Shown: one piece after another, positions 24,150-35,529 of the stretch
Layout: every line of letters begins with the position of its first letter
How positions within the stretch are numbered: the first letter of the stretch is position 1
Assembly: GCF_030028105.1 (NCBI RefSeq)
Contig: NC_092371.1
Coordinates: 14,157,884-14,221,883 of the forward strand
From: Mobula birostris
Taxonomy: Eukaryota
DNA length: 64,000 bases
Direction of reading: 5' to 3'
Notes under the pieces: generated by a model
Database searches by the model: none
Seen by the model: the letters and a program-made list of their open reading frames with translations, nothing else
What the model was told of the DNA's origin: nothing
Made by a program: the position numbers and the translations under genes

Positions 24150-24420
24150 GCATCCGTTAGTCTTGCGAAACCATGGATCTGCGCCTGCCTGGGCAAGTTT
24201 GTACGGAAGACCAGCAGTTGCCCATGCTACAAGTCTCCCCTCTCCAGGACACCAATGTTGTCCAAGGGAAGGGCATTAAGACCCGTACAGCTTGGCACCA
24301 GTGTCGTCGCAGAGCAATGTGTGATTAAGTGCCTTGCTCCAGGACACAACACATGTTGCCTCGGCTGGGGCTCGAATTCACGACCTTCAGGTCGCTAGTC
24401 CAATGCCTTGGCCACGTGCC
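24150..24420 (-). mobile_element. tRNA-derived SINE
   Basis: Reverse complement has a tRNA-like head (TGGCCAAGG...GAATTCGAGCC, A/B-box-like) and GTGTCCTGGAGCAAGGCACTTAA, a core seen in fish SINEs. Confidence 0.6.
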
Positions 24421-25130
24421 CACACGTTTGTGCGTATGCTGTATAATTTGCAACCCTGTAACAACTCAGTGCAAAGAAACAACAGGCAACACGCTGCATA
24501 CGATTAAAGGAAATATATTTATGAATCTTAACTAAAGGATTAGTAAAGAAAAGAAAGAGAAAACAAAAAGAGCTTATTATAATTAAAGAGTGAAATGTGC
24601 ACTGTTGGAGCACAATACGTCGATCCTCAGTCGATCTCGCTTCTGCCTCCTTCTAATCACAATTTCCCCACCAGATCGTGTCCTATGACCGGTTCTACCC
24701 AGCGTCTACTCTCTTCATCTCACGCCGAACGATGGACCCAGCTCACATTCCAAAGCATCCTTTATCTCTAACCAGAACCCAAACACTGCTTCTAAAGGAA
24801 GGCCATTACGTTAGCAGTGAAACCTTTCGCAGTGTTACAAGCCTTGAGATCCAATGGTCATTCCATTCACGTGATTATTCATGGAGAAAGCATAGAGAAA
24901 CTGAAACTTGTGCTTCACACAGGAAACGTTGAGGAGAGACGTTCAAAGTGAACGAAATATGGACGTGCTTGCGTGGGCGAAATAAGTGAATCTATCTCAA
25001 TTCAAAGAACAGGAGGAGAGTTTCAACGTGATGGATTAATGTAAAATGATGGTTTTTGCATTCAAGATAAAGCGTGATGATAATCTGAGACAGTTTTAAA
25101 GTTTATTGTTGCGTATCCAACTCAGTTTTA

Positions 25131-27650
25131 ATCATAGTCATAGTCATACTTTATTGATCCCGGGGAAACTGGTTTTCGTTACAGTTGCATCATAAATAAT
25201 AAATAGTAATAGAACCATAAATAGTTAAATAGTAATATGTAAATTATACCAGTAAATTATGAAATAAGTCCAGCACAAGCCTATTGGCTCAGGGTGTCTG
25301 ACCCTCCAAGGGAGGAGTTGTAAAGCTTGATGGCCACAGGCAGGAATGACTTCCAATGGTGTTCTGTGCTGCATCTCGATGGAATGAGTCTCTGGCTGAA
25401 TGTACTCCTGTGCCCACCCAGAACATTATGTAGTGGATGGGAAACATTGACCAGGATGGCATGCAACTTAGACAGCATCCTCTTTTCAGACACCACCGTC
25501 AGAGAGTCCAGTTCCATCCCCACAACATCACTGGCCTTACGGATGAGTTTTATGATTCTGTTGGTGTCTACTACCCTCAGCCTGCTGCCCCCGCACACAA
25601 CAGCATACATGATAGCACTGGCCACCACAGACTCGTAGAACATCCTCAGCAACGTCCGGCAGACGTTAAAGGACCTCAGTCTCCTCAGGGAATAGAGACG
25701 GCTCTGACCCTTCTTGTAGACAGCCTCAGTGTTCTTTCACCAGTCCAGTTTATTGTCAGTTCGTATCCCCCGGTATTTGTAATCCTCCACCATGTCCACA
25801 CTGACTCCCTGAATGGAAATAGGTATCACCGGTACCTTAGCTCTCCTCAGGTCTACCACCAGCTCCTTAGTCTTTTTCACATTAAGCTGCAGATAATTCT
25901 GCTCACACTATGTAACAAAGTTTCCTACCGTAGCCCTGTACTCAGCCTCATTACCCTTGCTGATGCATCCAACTACGGCAGAGTCATCCGAAAACTTCTG
26001 AAGATGACAAGACTGTGTGCAGTAGTTGACGTCCAAGGTGTAAATGGTGAAGAGAAAGGGAGACAAGACAGTTCCCTGTGGAGCCCCAGTGCTGCTGATC
26101 ACTCTGTCGGACACACAGTGTTGCAAGCACACGTACTGTGGTCTGCCAGTCAGGTAATCAAGAATTCATGATACCAGGGAAGCATCCAACTGCATCGCTA
26201 TCAGCTTCTCCCCCAGCAGAGCAGGGTGGATGGTGTTGAACGCACTGGAGAAGTCAAAAAATATGGCGCTCACAGTGCTCGCTGGCTTGTCCAGGTAGGC
26301 GTAAACACGGTTCAGCAGGTAGACGATGGCATCCTCAACTCCTAGTCGGGGCTGGTAGGCGAACTGGAGAGGATCAAAGTGTGGCCTGACCATAGGCCGA
26401 AGCAGCTGCAGAACAAGTGTCTCCAGGGTCTTCAAGATGTGGGAGGTCAATGCCACCGGCCAGTAGTCATTGAGGCCGCTGGGGCGCGGCGACTTCGGCA
26501 CAGGGACGAGGCAGGACGTCTTCCACAGTACAGGAACCCTCCGGAGCCTCAGGCTCAGGTTGAATACATGGCGAAGTACTCCACATAGCTGAGGGGCACA
26601 GGCTTTGAGCACCCTGGTACTGACACCATCCGGTCCTGCAGCCTTGCTTGGGTTGAGACGTTTCAGCTGTCTTCTCACCTGTTTAGCTGTGAAGCCTACC
26701 GTGGTGGTTTCGTGTGGGGGAGGGGTATAGTCATGAGAGCAGGGTGGGGGGACTGTGAGGAGAAGTAGGCGGGGAGAGTGGAATATGTTTTGGTTGGGGG
26801 CCGACAACAGATAGCTCATGTGTGGGATGGGCAGGGTCCACAATGTCAAATCTGTTAAAGAACAGGTTAAGTTCATTGCCCCTGTCCACACTGCCATCTG
26901 CTGCTCTGTTGCAAGTTTGCCGGAACCCAGATATGGTCCTCATCCCCGTCCAGACCTCTCTCATGTTGTTCTGCTGGAGTTTCCACTCAAGCTTCCTCCT
27001 GTACCTGTCTTTAGCCTCCCTGATCCTGGCTTTCAGGTCCCTCTGTATTGCCCTCAGCTCCTCCCTATTTCCATCTCTAAACGCCCTCTTTTTAGCGTTC
27101 AGGATGTCCTTAATGTCCTTTGTCACCCATGGCTTGTTATTTGAATAACAAAGGGCAGTTCTTGTCGGACCAATGCAGTCCACACAGAAGTTGATGTAAT
27201 CAGTGACGCACTCTGTGAGCCCATCAATATCCTCTCCATGTGGCTCACAGAGTGCCTGCCAGTCTGTCACCTCAAAACAACCCTGGAGCGCCTCATAAGC
27301 CTCCTCCGACCATTTTCTCACTGTCCTCGAGGTTGCAGGTTTACTCTTCACCAGAGGCACGTAGCAGGGTTTTAGATGCACTAGGTTGTGATCTGACCTT
27401 CCCAGTGGGGGGAAGGGAGAGGAGCTGTATGCATCCTTAACGTTAGCGTACATCAAATCCAGAGTCCCCTCCTCTCTGGTTGTACAGCTCACATACTGCG
27501 TGAAGTTGAGCAGTGTTCTAGCCATGGTAACCTGGTTGAAGTTACCCGAGATGGCAATGAGGGCACTCGGGTGCTGGGTTTCTAATCTGGCTATGACAGT
27601 GTAAATGATGTTACATGCCGACGTCGGGTTGGCAGAGGGAGGGATTTATT
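25131..27650 (-). mobile_element. Rex1 non-LTR retrotransposon, 5'-truncated, ORF broken into 4 frames
   Basis: Endonuclease PPLGRSDHNLV; RT LQFAYQP, FFDFSSAFNTI, GAPQGTVLSPFLF and QKFSDDS; C-terminus FYESVVAS..HPLH. (TATGAC)n tail. Confidence 0.88.
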
Positions 27651-28420
27651 GAGGTCTCTGTTCATTATTCCGCATATCACTCTGGTAGCGCATGATTATT
27701 TCAGTTGCTGTCGCTTTTCTGTCAGCTTGCGTCAGTATAGTCATGTTCCTCTGACCTCTCTCATTAACAAGGCGTTTTCGTCCACAGAGCTGTCGCACAC
27801 TGGCTTTTTTGTTCATTTTTCGCACATTCTCTGCATTCTTTAGAGAATTTTGTGTCAGAAAAATCCAGGAGATACGTAGTTTCCGAGATACCCAAAAAAC
27901 TCAGGCTAGTACCCACAATCACGTCAGATTCAATGACACTTTGATCACCTTTCTTCCTCATTTTGATGTTCGGTGTCAACAATAAACGAAGCTCTTCATC
28001 ATGTCTGAATTCTTCTATGGATTGAGTTGCTGCCACATGAATTGTTGATTAGAAATTTGCATTAACGTTCGGCAATACCCAATAAAGTGCGCACTGAGTG
28101 TGTAGATTAGTTGTGGGTATGATATACTGACGTCCAAAGCATTACGACATTTGAGAGCTACTTCGGACTATGGTGGTTGTTCACACAAACATTGTATTTC
28201 AATGTATGTATATGTGACAAATATCACTGATCATATCCTTGCCTTTGTTCTTGGAATGAGACGATATATTATGAAAGCTAGACTAAATAGTTTGCTCCCA
28301 TGCGCATACAATTAAATCCCGAAATTGCGTTTAGTTATAAGAAGCTGAGGTATTGCTCTTGATATCGCTCTTTATACTCCGCACATTCCGGAGCAATATC
28401 CATTTGTGCAACTCAGGACT

Positions 28421-28528
28421 GATTTGCATGAGAGGAATGACGTGACAAGTGAAAGGTACCGTATAAATATACTTGTAATCATCGCACCATCTTTCGGGGA
28501 AGGATGGCGCAACAGCATCTCAGTGAGT
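28421..28528 (+). promoter_or_regulatory. Orphan B-cell-type promoter with ATG and splice donor
   Basis: Decamer TGATTTGCAT (octamer 28422-28429), GAGGAA 28432-28437, TGACGT 28438-28443, AAGTGAAA 28447-28454, TATAAAT 28462-28468, aggATGG at 28504, and A|GTGAGT at 28523. Confidence 0.6.
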
Positions 28529-28789
28529 GCCCTTTTATTGCCTGCTTCACCTTTTCTGGGTTCGCACTAAGAAAGTCGTAAAGCAGTTAAATGCATGACG
28601 AATGAAAACACATCAGTTTGACACCGTTCCTGGATGTCCAATGACATATTTATTTTCCGAATCAGTACAGCAGATTTATTTCTCGTAACACTAAATTAAC
28701 CGTGTCAGCTGCAATGCCAATATCTTCTTTGTCTGAAGCTCATCAACCCCACTGGAATTTAGAACGCCGACAGATACTTCCTCTCCCAT

Positions 28790-28920
28790 GGATAGGGTCT
28801 TTGGATCTTCTCATGGCGTTTCTGTAGCTCTGGGGTTTACAAGTTGGGGTTGTTAGCCCAAGGCCCAACCCTCCTCCTTTCGCAGCCGGTCTTGGGACAA
28901 ACCACGGCGGAGTTACAACG
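28790..28920 (-). mobile_element. RTE-type LINE 5' fragment
   Basis: GGGTTGTTAGCCC...CCCAACCCTCCTCCTTTCGCAGCCGG resembles RTE 5' regions. Recognised from memory only. Confidence 0.4.
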
Positions 28921-29913
28921 ACAATATTCTGTCTAAGTATATTATTGCTGAATCGTAAGTCATACTGGGCATAAACGTTTAAAATGCCAGTGGGAGGGTG
29001 ATTTTGTCCAAGTAACATCTGCCGTGTGGTAGTGGAAGAAGGCAGCCATACACGGGATTATAATCGGCAAACCAATTTCAATGGCGAAGATACATGAGAT
29101 TCACTTTCCCATAGTTCTTATCACCACTTCAGCCTGGGAAGCAAGTTAATAATAAGGAAAGACATGATATGGCGTACTCGCAATTGACATGTATGACACA
29201 GAGTAATAATGGCAGAAGGGCATTGCTAAATCTGAAAAAGAGAGAAGTCCCTTTACTTCCTCAAGAGCGGTCGTGGGATTGATGTCCAATCTATTTGGAA
29301 ACATAAGGTGAATATTGAATGCAGGTCTTTCACCGTTACGCACTGCATTAGTCATACGCTCCGCAAGTGTCCTTTCCGAATTCCCGTTGGATTGCTGATA
29401 TCACATAAGTTACCATTTATTTTGCTGATGTCTATAAACTCATAATGAGCTGTTCGGAGTCCAGCCGTAAATTCCAGAAAGTTAAGGGAGATCCTCAGTC
29501 AATACCTTGCCTACAGGAGAGACTATTCATTCCATAGACCCTGTGACGTGGCAGCAGAAGAAGGCCGTTCGACCCTACAGGTCTCACAAGTGAAGAGCAG
29601 AAGCGGGTCAGAACTTCCAGAATCTGCATCCCTTCAATCACGCTCCGCCTGTCCAGTACCTTAACTCATTTTCACTGATAACCTTACTCCCTTATGAAGC
29701 CACAACTGATAATGTGACATTTCCCGTCCTCGAGATACGCTAAATTGCGTTAAGACGTGATAAAACACACACACGGCTCTGCATAAATGAAAATAAAACA
29801 ACTATCACCGAGCGATGAATCAGGGATTCAAATCACTGCGACAGAGAGTCCGACTCCATAGAACATTTTGTATTTCACAACACAGGCTTCTGGACTGTGA
29901 TAACATTAGAAGC

Positions 29914-30400
29914 ACAAGAATTCTGAAGATGCTGGAGATCCAGAGCAAAAACACACATGCACCTACACATTCGCACACACACAATGCCTGGGAAGTTTAG
30001 CGGGTCAGGCAACAACAATGAAAAAAATTGAGTCAACGTTTTGGGTCGAGTCCCTTCATCAGGATAGGTGATGCATCTTTGCCCTAAACGACGATTCTAT
30101 TCCTTTCCATAGATGCTGCTTGACCTGCTGAGTTCCTTCAGCAGTTTTAGTGTGTCGCCGCAGTTTCAAATTAACTGGGGTAATATATTAACTGGAAAAG
30201 AAGAATAGGTAAACGCAGGGAGCAAAGATTAAAAATTCCTGTGAAACTTCATTGTAAGTTTGGTCCTGAAAGAAGGGTCTCGGCACGAAACGTCGACTGT
30301 TTATTCATTTCCACAGATGTTGCCTGGCCTGCTGCGTTCCTCCAGCATCTTGTTTGTGTTGCTTTGGATTCCCAGCATCTACAGAACTTATTGTGTTTAG
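29914..30400. mobile_element. Cluster of Penelope-derived short repeats (head-to-head pair plus a third copy) with hammerhead-like motifs
   Basis: Minus arm 29914-30064 (motif 30031-30064), plus arm 30080-30160, and a further plus copy 30261-30400 (motif 30261-30299). Confidence 0.7.
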
Positions 30401-30654
30401 AATTTTGGTGCTGCATAACCTCTGATTTGTCCTCAGCTCTTTATGTTCCATTTTAATATCAGGCACATTCTCAGGGGTGATGTATCAAATATAATATAGC
30501 CAAAGTTGCTGACTATAGAAAACCGGGCAACAACGTGATTGGGAAATTGAATTATCCATAAAAATGATATCAAGAGGAGAATTAGGTATCATATGGACAA
30601 CTATAAGATTGTTGACTGCATAATTCAGACGCACAACAGGCCTTTCGGGTAGAT

Positions 30655-31736
30655 GATGTCTCTTTCGTGGCCCTGCGTGTTTGTACACCTGCATTTGTTA
30701 ATACGTTTCGTATCTAGTGTCGTTAACCCTTGTGCTTTCTGTTTCATCTTGGCAAGTTTATTTTGATTCGAAAGGATGTTATGTGTACTGATATTATTTA
30801 AGGCGGACTCCTCATTAGCACGTATGGTGGGGTCCTGATCTTTCGAGAAAGTTTCATCTCGCTGTGGTGCTCGGACAATCCATCAATGTTCTGTGGAATT
30901 GCTATGAATAAACTCTTGTTTCTGTCTCTACATCGGACCCTGTCGTTCCTCAGCACCTGGGTTCAGTCGTTTGTCAGCGCACACAGTGGCAGTAGGATCT
31001 TGAGCCACAAATGAACCTGGCGGAGTTTGAACATCCGCTTGGACAACGGTTAGCTGAAGACAAGCGTCCCTTATATTCTCAGTGCTGGTGTCGAGGTTCT
31101 GTTGCGAGTTTTCTTGTGCTTCCCACTGACCTATAGGTTTCCTTGGAATAGTCCATGTTCCTGAGTTATATGCCATGTTATCGATTTTACCAGCCCTGCT
31201 TCGAGAGCATCAGGTCTGTTTTGAGTTTACCTGTTAGGTCCTGAGAAATCAGGTCTGCCTCGAGTTTACCGGTCCTGTCTCCAGTGTATCAGGTCTATCT
31301 CGATTTTACCAGCACTTTCTCGATAAAATCATGTCTTTCTCGAATTCACAATCCCTGTCTCGAGTAATCTAGGGCTCATTGAGATGTCAGTTGCCGGCCT
31401 TAGGGAATGAGGTACTGTCATGAGCCATATGGGGCTATGGCCCTATCTTTGTTAATTGTTGTTTTATCTGGAGTCATTCAGCCATTTTGCATTCTGTTTT
31501 ATCTTGTCAAGTTTATTTTGACTGAAACGGGTTATCCGTGTATTACGATTTCTTAAAGTAGATTCCCCACTGGTACTTCTTGTGGTGTCCTGGTGTTTCG
31601 GGAAAGATTCGATTCGCTGTTGCTCAGTGAAGCCACTGATGTTCTTGTTGGAATTCTTACTTAAAACTGTCTCGATATGGGAGTCTGTGGTTCGTAAGCA
31701 CCTGAGTTTAGTCGTTTGTCAGCGCACATCGTGACC
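30655..31736 (+). mobile_element. Old miniature non-autonomous LTR element (TRIM-like)
   Basis: Diverged direct repeats at about 30655-30985 and 31416-31736. PBS-like TGGCAGTAGGAT follows the 5' repeat, a purine tract AGGGAATGAGG precedes the TGTCAT start of the 3' repeat, and the 430-bp interior is non-coding. Confidence 0.55.
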
Positions 31737-32539
31737 GTCTCATAGCTAGGGCTCCTTGTTTAATGAGGGTTGGGTGGTGGGGATAACGAGTGGAAGTGAT
31801 TGAATCTTCATACGGGTCTGGAACTCTGTTACCGAAAGACCCTTGGTGCTGAAACTCTTTATAAGATTCAGCGCTCAGTTTTCTCTTTCCAGAATTGAAT
31901 TATTCCATCAACATGACCAAATGCTCGCAAAATAAAAGCGGATTTATGTTCGGAGTTTTTAGGGTATATTTCAAAATGACAAATTGCTTCACATTTCTCA
32001 GTAAAAGGGTAATAATAAACGGGGGTGGGGCGCTGGTTGAGTATTGAGAACTCCGGGTGCTCGAAGCTCCGCTAGTGAACATGTGGTGGCGGTAGAGAAC
32101 CATCCAGGATCGGAGTCGGTCCTCATCTGCCAACATTTCGAAGGCTCCTAGCAGAATTTCAGCAGTTTAATAATATATTAAGCAGGGCATCATGTGCATA
32201 TCCGGAAGATCTATTTTGTTAAAGTTTTTGTGATATCGCTGTTAACACTGGCCACAATGCTCCACTTTTGTTCAGGGTTGAGTACAATTTAATGATTTAG
32301 GAATGAACTTCTTCCAACTTACAGAAATTCACCCAGAGACCACTTATTATGTACATCGATATACCCGATCATTAGTGTAAATATCTAATCAGTCAATCAA
32401 GTGGCAACAACTCAGTGTATAAAAATCCGCATAGGTGGTCGAGAGGTTCAGTTGTTGTTTGGATCACACAACTGAATGGAGCAGAAAAGTGCTCTAAATG
32501 AATTTGACTGGAATGATTGTTTTGCCAGATGGAGCGGTT

Positions 32540-32880
32540 CGAGTATCTCAGAGTCCACTGCTGTCCTGGAATTTTCACGCACAATTGTTACTGGGGTTTA
32601 CAGAGAATGATGCGAAAAACAAACAATTAAACAATTAAAGAAAAACATCCAGTGAGCAGCAGTTCCATGGGCTAAAACGCCTTGTTAATGAGGGAGGTCA
32701 GAGGAGAATAGTCGGACTGGATCAAGCTGACAGCAAGGCGACGGTAACTCGATTGTATTAACACAGTTGTGCACACCAGGGGATTCAACAGTGATGAAGA
32801 AAACATCTCTGATCGCAGAATATGTCGAACAGCAACAGAAGGTTATGAACATACAGGAGGTACCCGATAAAGTGTTAGGA
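32540..32880 (+). mobile_element. Tc1-like DNA transposon remnant (related end fragment at ~28040-28100)
   Basis: CGCCTTGTTAATGAGGGAGGTCAGAGGAGAAT...CAAGCTGACAG..AGGCGAC and AATAAAGTG..CACTGAGTGT resemble fish Tc1 remnants. Confidence 0.5.
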
Positions 32881-33589
32881 GTACAGATTATTATTATATT
32901 TCCTCCACTGCCTCTTCCCAATCCGCCTATTTACTTCTGCCATCTAATAATTCGTTGATTCGGTTAAATCTTGGATAGGCTGGTGGGAGGATATTCATGC
33001 CTGAACAGCTCACGTGAGACAAGTGAAAGAGGATACCAAGAACTGATCCACAGGTGTCGAAAAGTAACATGGGGAGAGCTGGAAGCCATTCAGAAACATA
33101 CGAGCTGACATAAACCAGTCACCAACGCCGGTAATGGAGTTCCTTGAGCCAGATTCATGCACAGTTGAGTTGTACAACACACAGGACCTGTTACATGGGG
33201 AAGAGCAGAGAGATTTGGCCACTTCAGCCTGCAATGGAGGAAAAGACGGAGGCTTTCTGTTCTTCAAGTCCAGTGTGGAGAGGAAATATTTGAGCCTCTT
33301 CCATCACCAGCTCATTACTGGGGAATAGCAGAAGGGGCGTTTTCCATCATGTGCATCAAAATTAAATGTGGAATTCATTGCCACAGACAGCTGTGAAAGC
33401 TTCTGCACTGGGTATATTCAAAGCGGAGGTTAAGGGATTGCTGATTAGTAAGGCCGTGAAAGATTCCATCGAGAAAGTAGGGAATAGTGTTGGGAGGGAT
33501 AATAAATCAGCCATGATGGAATGGCGGGTGAAGCGTGATGGGCTGATTCGCCTAATACAGCTCCTATGTTTCAAACTTGAAGATTAAGA

Positions 33590-34870
33590 AGTATATAACC
33601 ATATAATCATATAACAATTACAGCACGGAAAAAGGCCATCTCGGCCCTTCTAGTCCGTGCCGAACTTATACTCTCACCTAGTCCCACCGACCTGCACTCA
33701 GTCCATAACCCTCCATCCCTTTCCTATCCATATAGATGTCCAATTTAACTTTAAACGACAACATCGACCTGCCTCAACCACTTCCGCTGGAAGCTTGATC
33801 CACACAGCTACCACTCTCTGAGTAAAGAAGTTCCCTCTCATGTTACCCCTAAACTTTTGCCCTTTAACTCTTAACTCATGACCTCTTGTTTGAATGTCCC
33901 CATTCTCAATGAAAAAAGCCTATCGACGTCAACTCTATCTATCCCCCCCATAATTTTAAATACCTCTATCAAGTACCCCTCAACCTCCTACGCTCCAAAG
34001 AATAAAGACCTAACTTGTTCAACCTTTCTCTATAACTTAGGAGATGAAACCCCGGAAACATTTTAGTAAATCTCCTCTGCACTCTCTCAATTTTATTGAC
34101 ATCGTTCCTATAATTTGGTGACCAGAGCTGTACACAATACTTCAAATTTGGTCTCACCAATGCCTTATACAATTTCAACATTACATCCCAACTCCTATAC
34201 TCAATCCTCTCATTTATAAAGGCTAGCATACCAAAAGCTTTCTTCACCACCCTATCCACATGAGATTCCATCTTCAGGGAACTATGCACCAATATTCTTA
34301 GATCCCTCTGTTGCACTGCATTCTTTAATGCCCTACCATTTACCACGTATGTCGTATTTTGATTATTCCTACCAAAATGTAACACCTCACATTTATCAGC
34401 ATTAAACTCCACTGCCATCTTTCAGCCCACTCTTCCAACTGGCCTAAATCTCTCTGCAAGCTTTGAAAACCTACTTCATTATCCACAACGCCACCTCTCT
34501 TAGTATCATCTGCATACTTACTAATCCAATTTACCACCCCATCATCCAGATCATTGATATATATGACAAACAAAATTGGATCCAGTACGGATCCCTGAGG
34601 CACACCGCTACACACCGTCCTCCAATCTGACACACAGTTATCCACCACTACTCTCTGGCGTCTCCCATCCAGCCGCTGCTGAATCCATTTTACTACTTCG
34701 ATATTAATGCCTAACGATTGAACCTTCCTAACTAACATTTCGTGTGGGACCTTGTCAAAGGACTTACTGAATTCCATATAGACAACATCCACTGCTTTAC
34801 CCTCGTCAACTTTCGTGGTAACCTCATCAAAAAACTCAATAAGATTTGTCAAACATGACCTTCCACGCAC
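33590..34870 (-). mobile_element. CR1 RT and 3' end
   Basis: ORFs 34340-35065 and 33969-34418 contain [25 protein letters not shown] and YSLERRRLRG. Confidence 0.88.
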
Positions 34871-34879
34871 AAGTAAACA

Positions 34880-35420
34880 GAGAAACATAGAAATTGGTGC
34901 AGGTAGGCCATTCGGCCCTTCGAGCCTGCACCGCCATTCAGTATGATCATGGCTGATCATCCAATCAGAACCCTGTACCAGCCTTCCCTCCATACCCCCT
35001 GATCCCCGTAGCCACAAGGGCCATATCTCACTCCCTCTTAAATATAGCCAATGAACTGGCCTCAACTGTTTCCTGTGGCAGAGAATTCCACATATTCACC
35101 ACTCTCTGTGTGAAGAAATTTTTCCTCATCTCGGTCCTAAAAGGCTTCCCCTTTATCCTCAAACTGTGACCCCTCGTTCTGGACTTCCCCAACATCGGGA
35201 ACAATTTTCCTGCATCTAACCTGTCCAATCCCTTTGGGATTTTATATGTTTCAATAAGATCCCCCTCAATCTTCTAAATTCCAACGAGTCTAAGCCTAGT
35301 CGATCCAGTCTTTCATCATATGAAAGTCCTGCCATCCCAGGAATCAGTCTGGTGAACCTTCTTTGTACTCCCTCTATGGCAAAGATGTCTTTCCTCAGAT
35401 TAGGGGACCAAAACTGCACA
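34880..35420 (-). mobile_element. CR1 3' fragment, same subfamily as 40525-43292
   Basis: Near-identical reverse complement of about 42740-43290. Confidence 0.85.
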
Positions 35421-35529
35421 CACACAAAAAAATGTACTTCTGAATTGTCTCAGAACGCACTTGCACTGTCAACCCCATCTGCTTAAAATAATACCTATTT
35501 CGATAAACCATCAGGCACGAAAGAAAGAA

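Noticed and set aside
25437-26171. 244-aa plus-strand ORF (and 60375-61025, 216 aa)
   Set aside because: These are antisense shadows of Rex1 and CR1 coding sequence.
28055-28062. Second ATTTGCAT octamer
   Set aside because: It sits inside a Tc1-like terminal remnant, with no TATA or leader context.
30983-30989. CACAGTG heptamers (also near 1939, 10900, 26114, 39479, 46749, 63525)
   Set aside because: None has a nonamer at 12 or 23 spacing. I found no functional RSS in the window.
32049-32150. Ig-like peptide PGSESVLICQ on the plus strand
   Set aside because: A stop follows within a few codons, with no Trp/YYC and no splice context. Likely chance.
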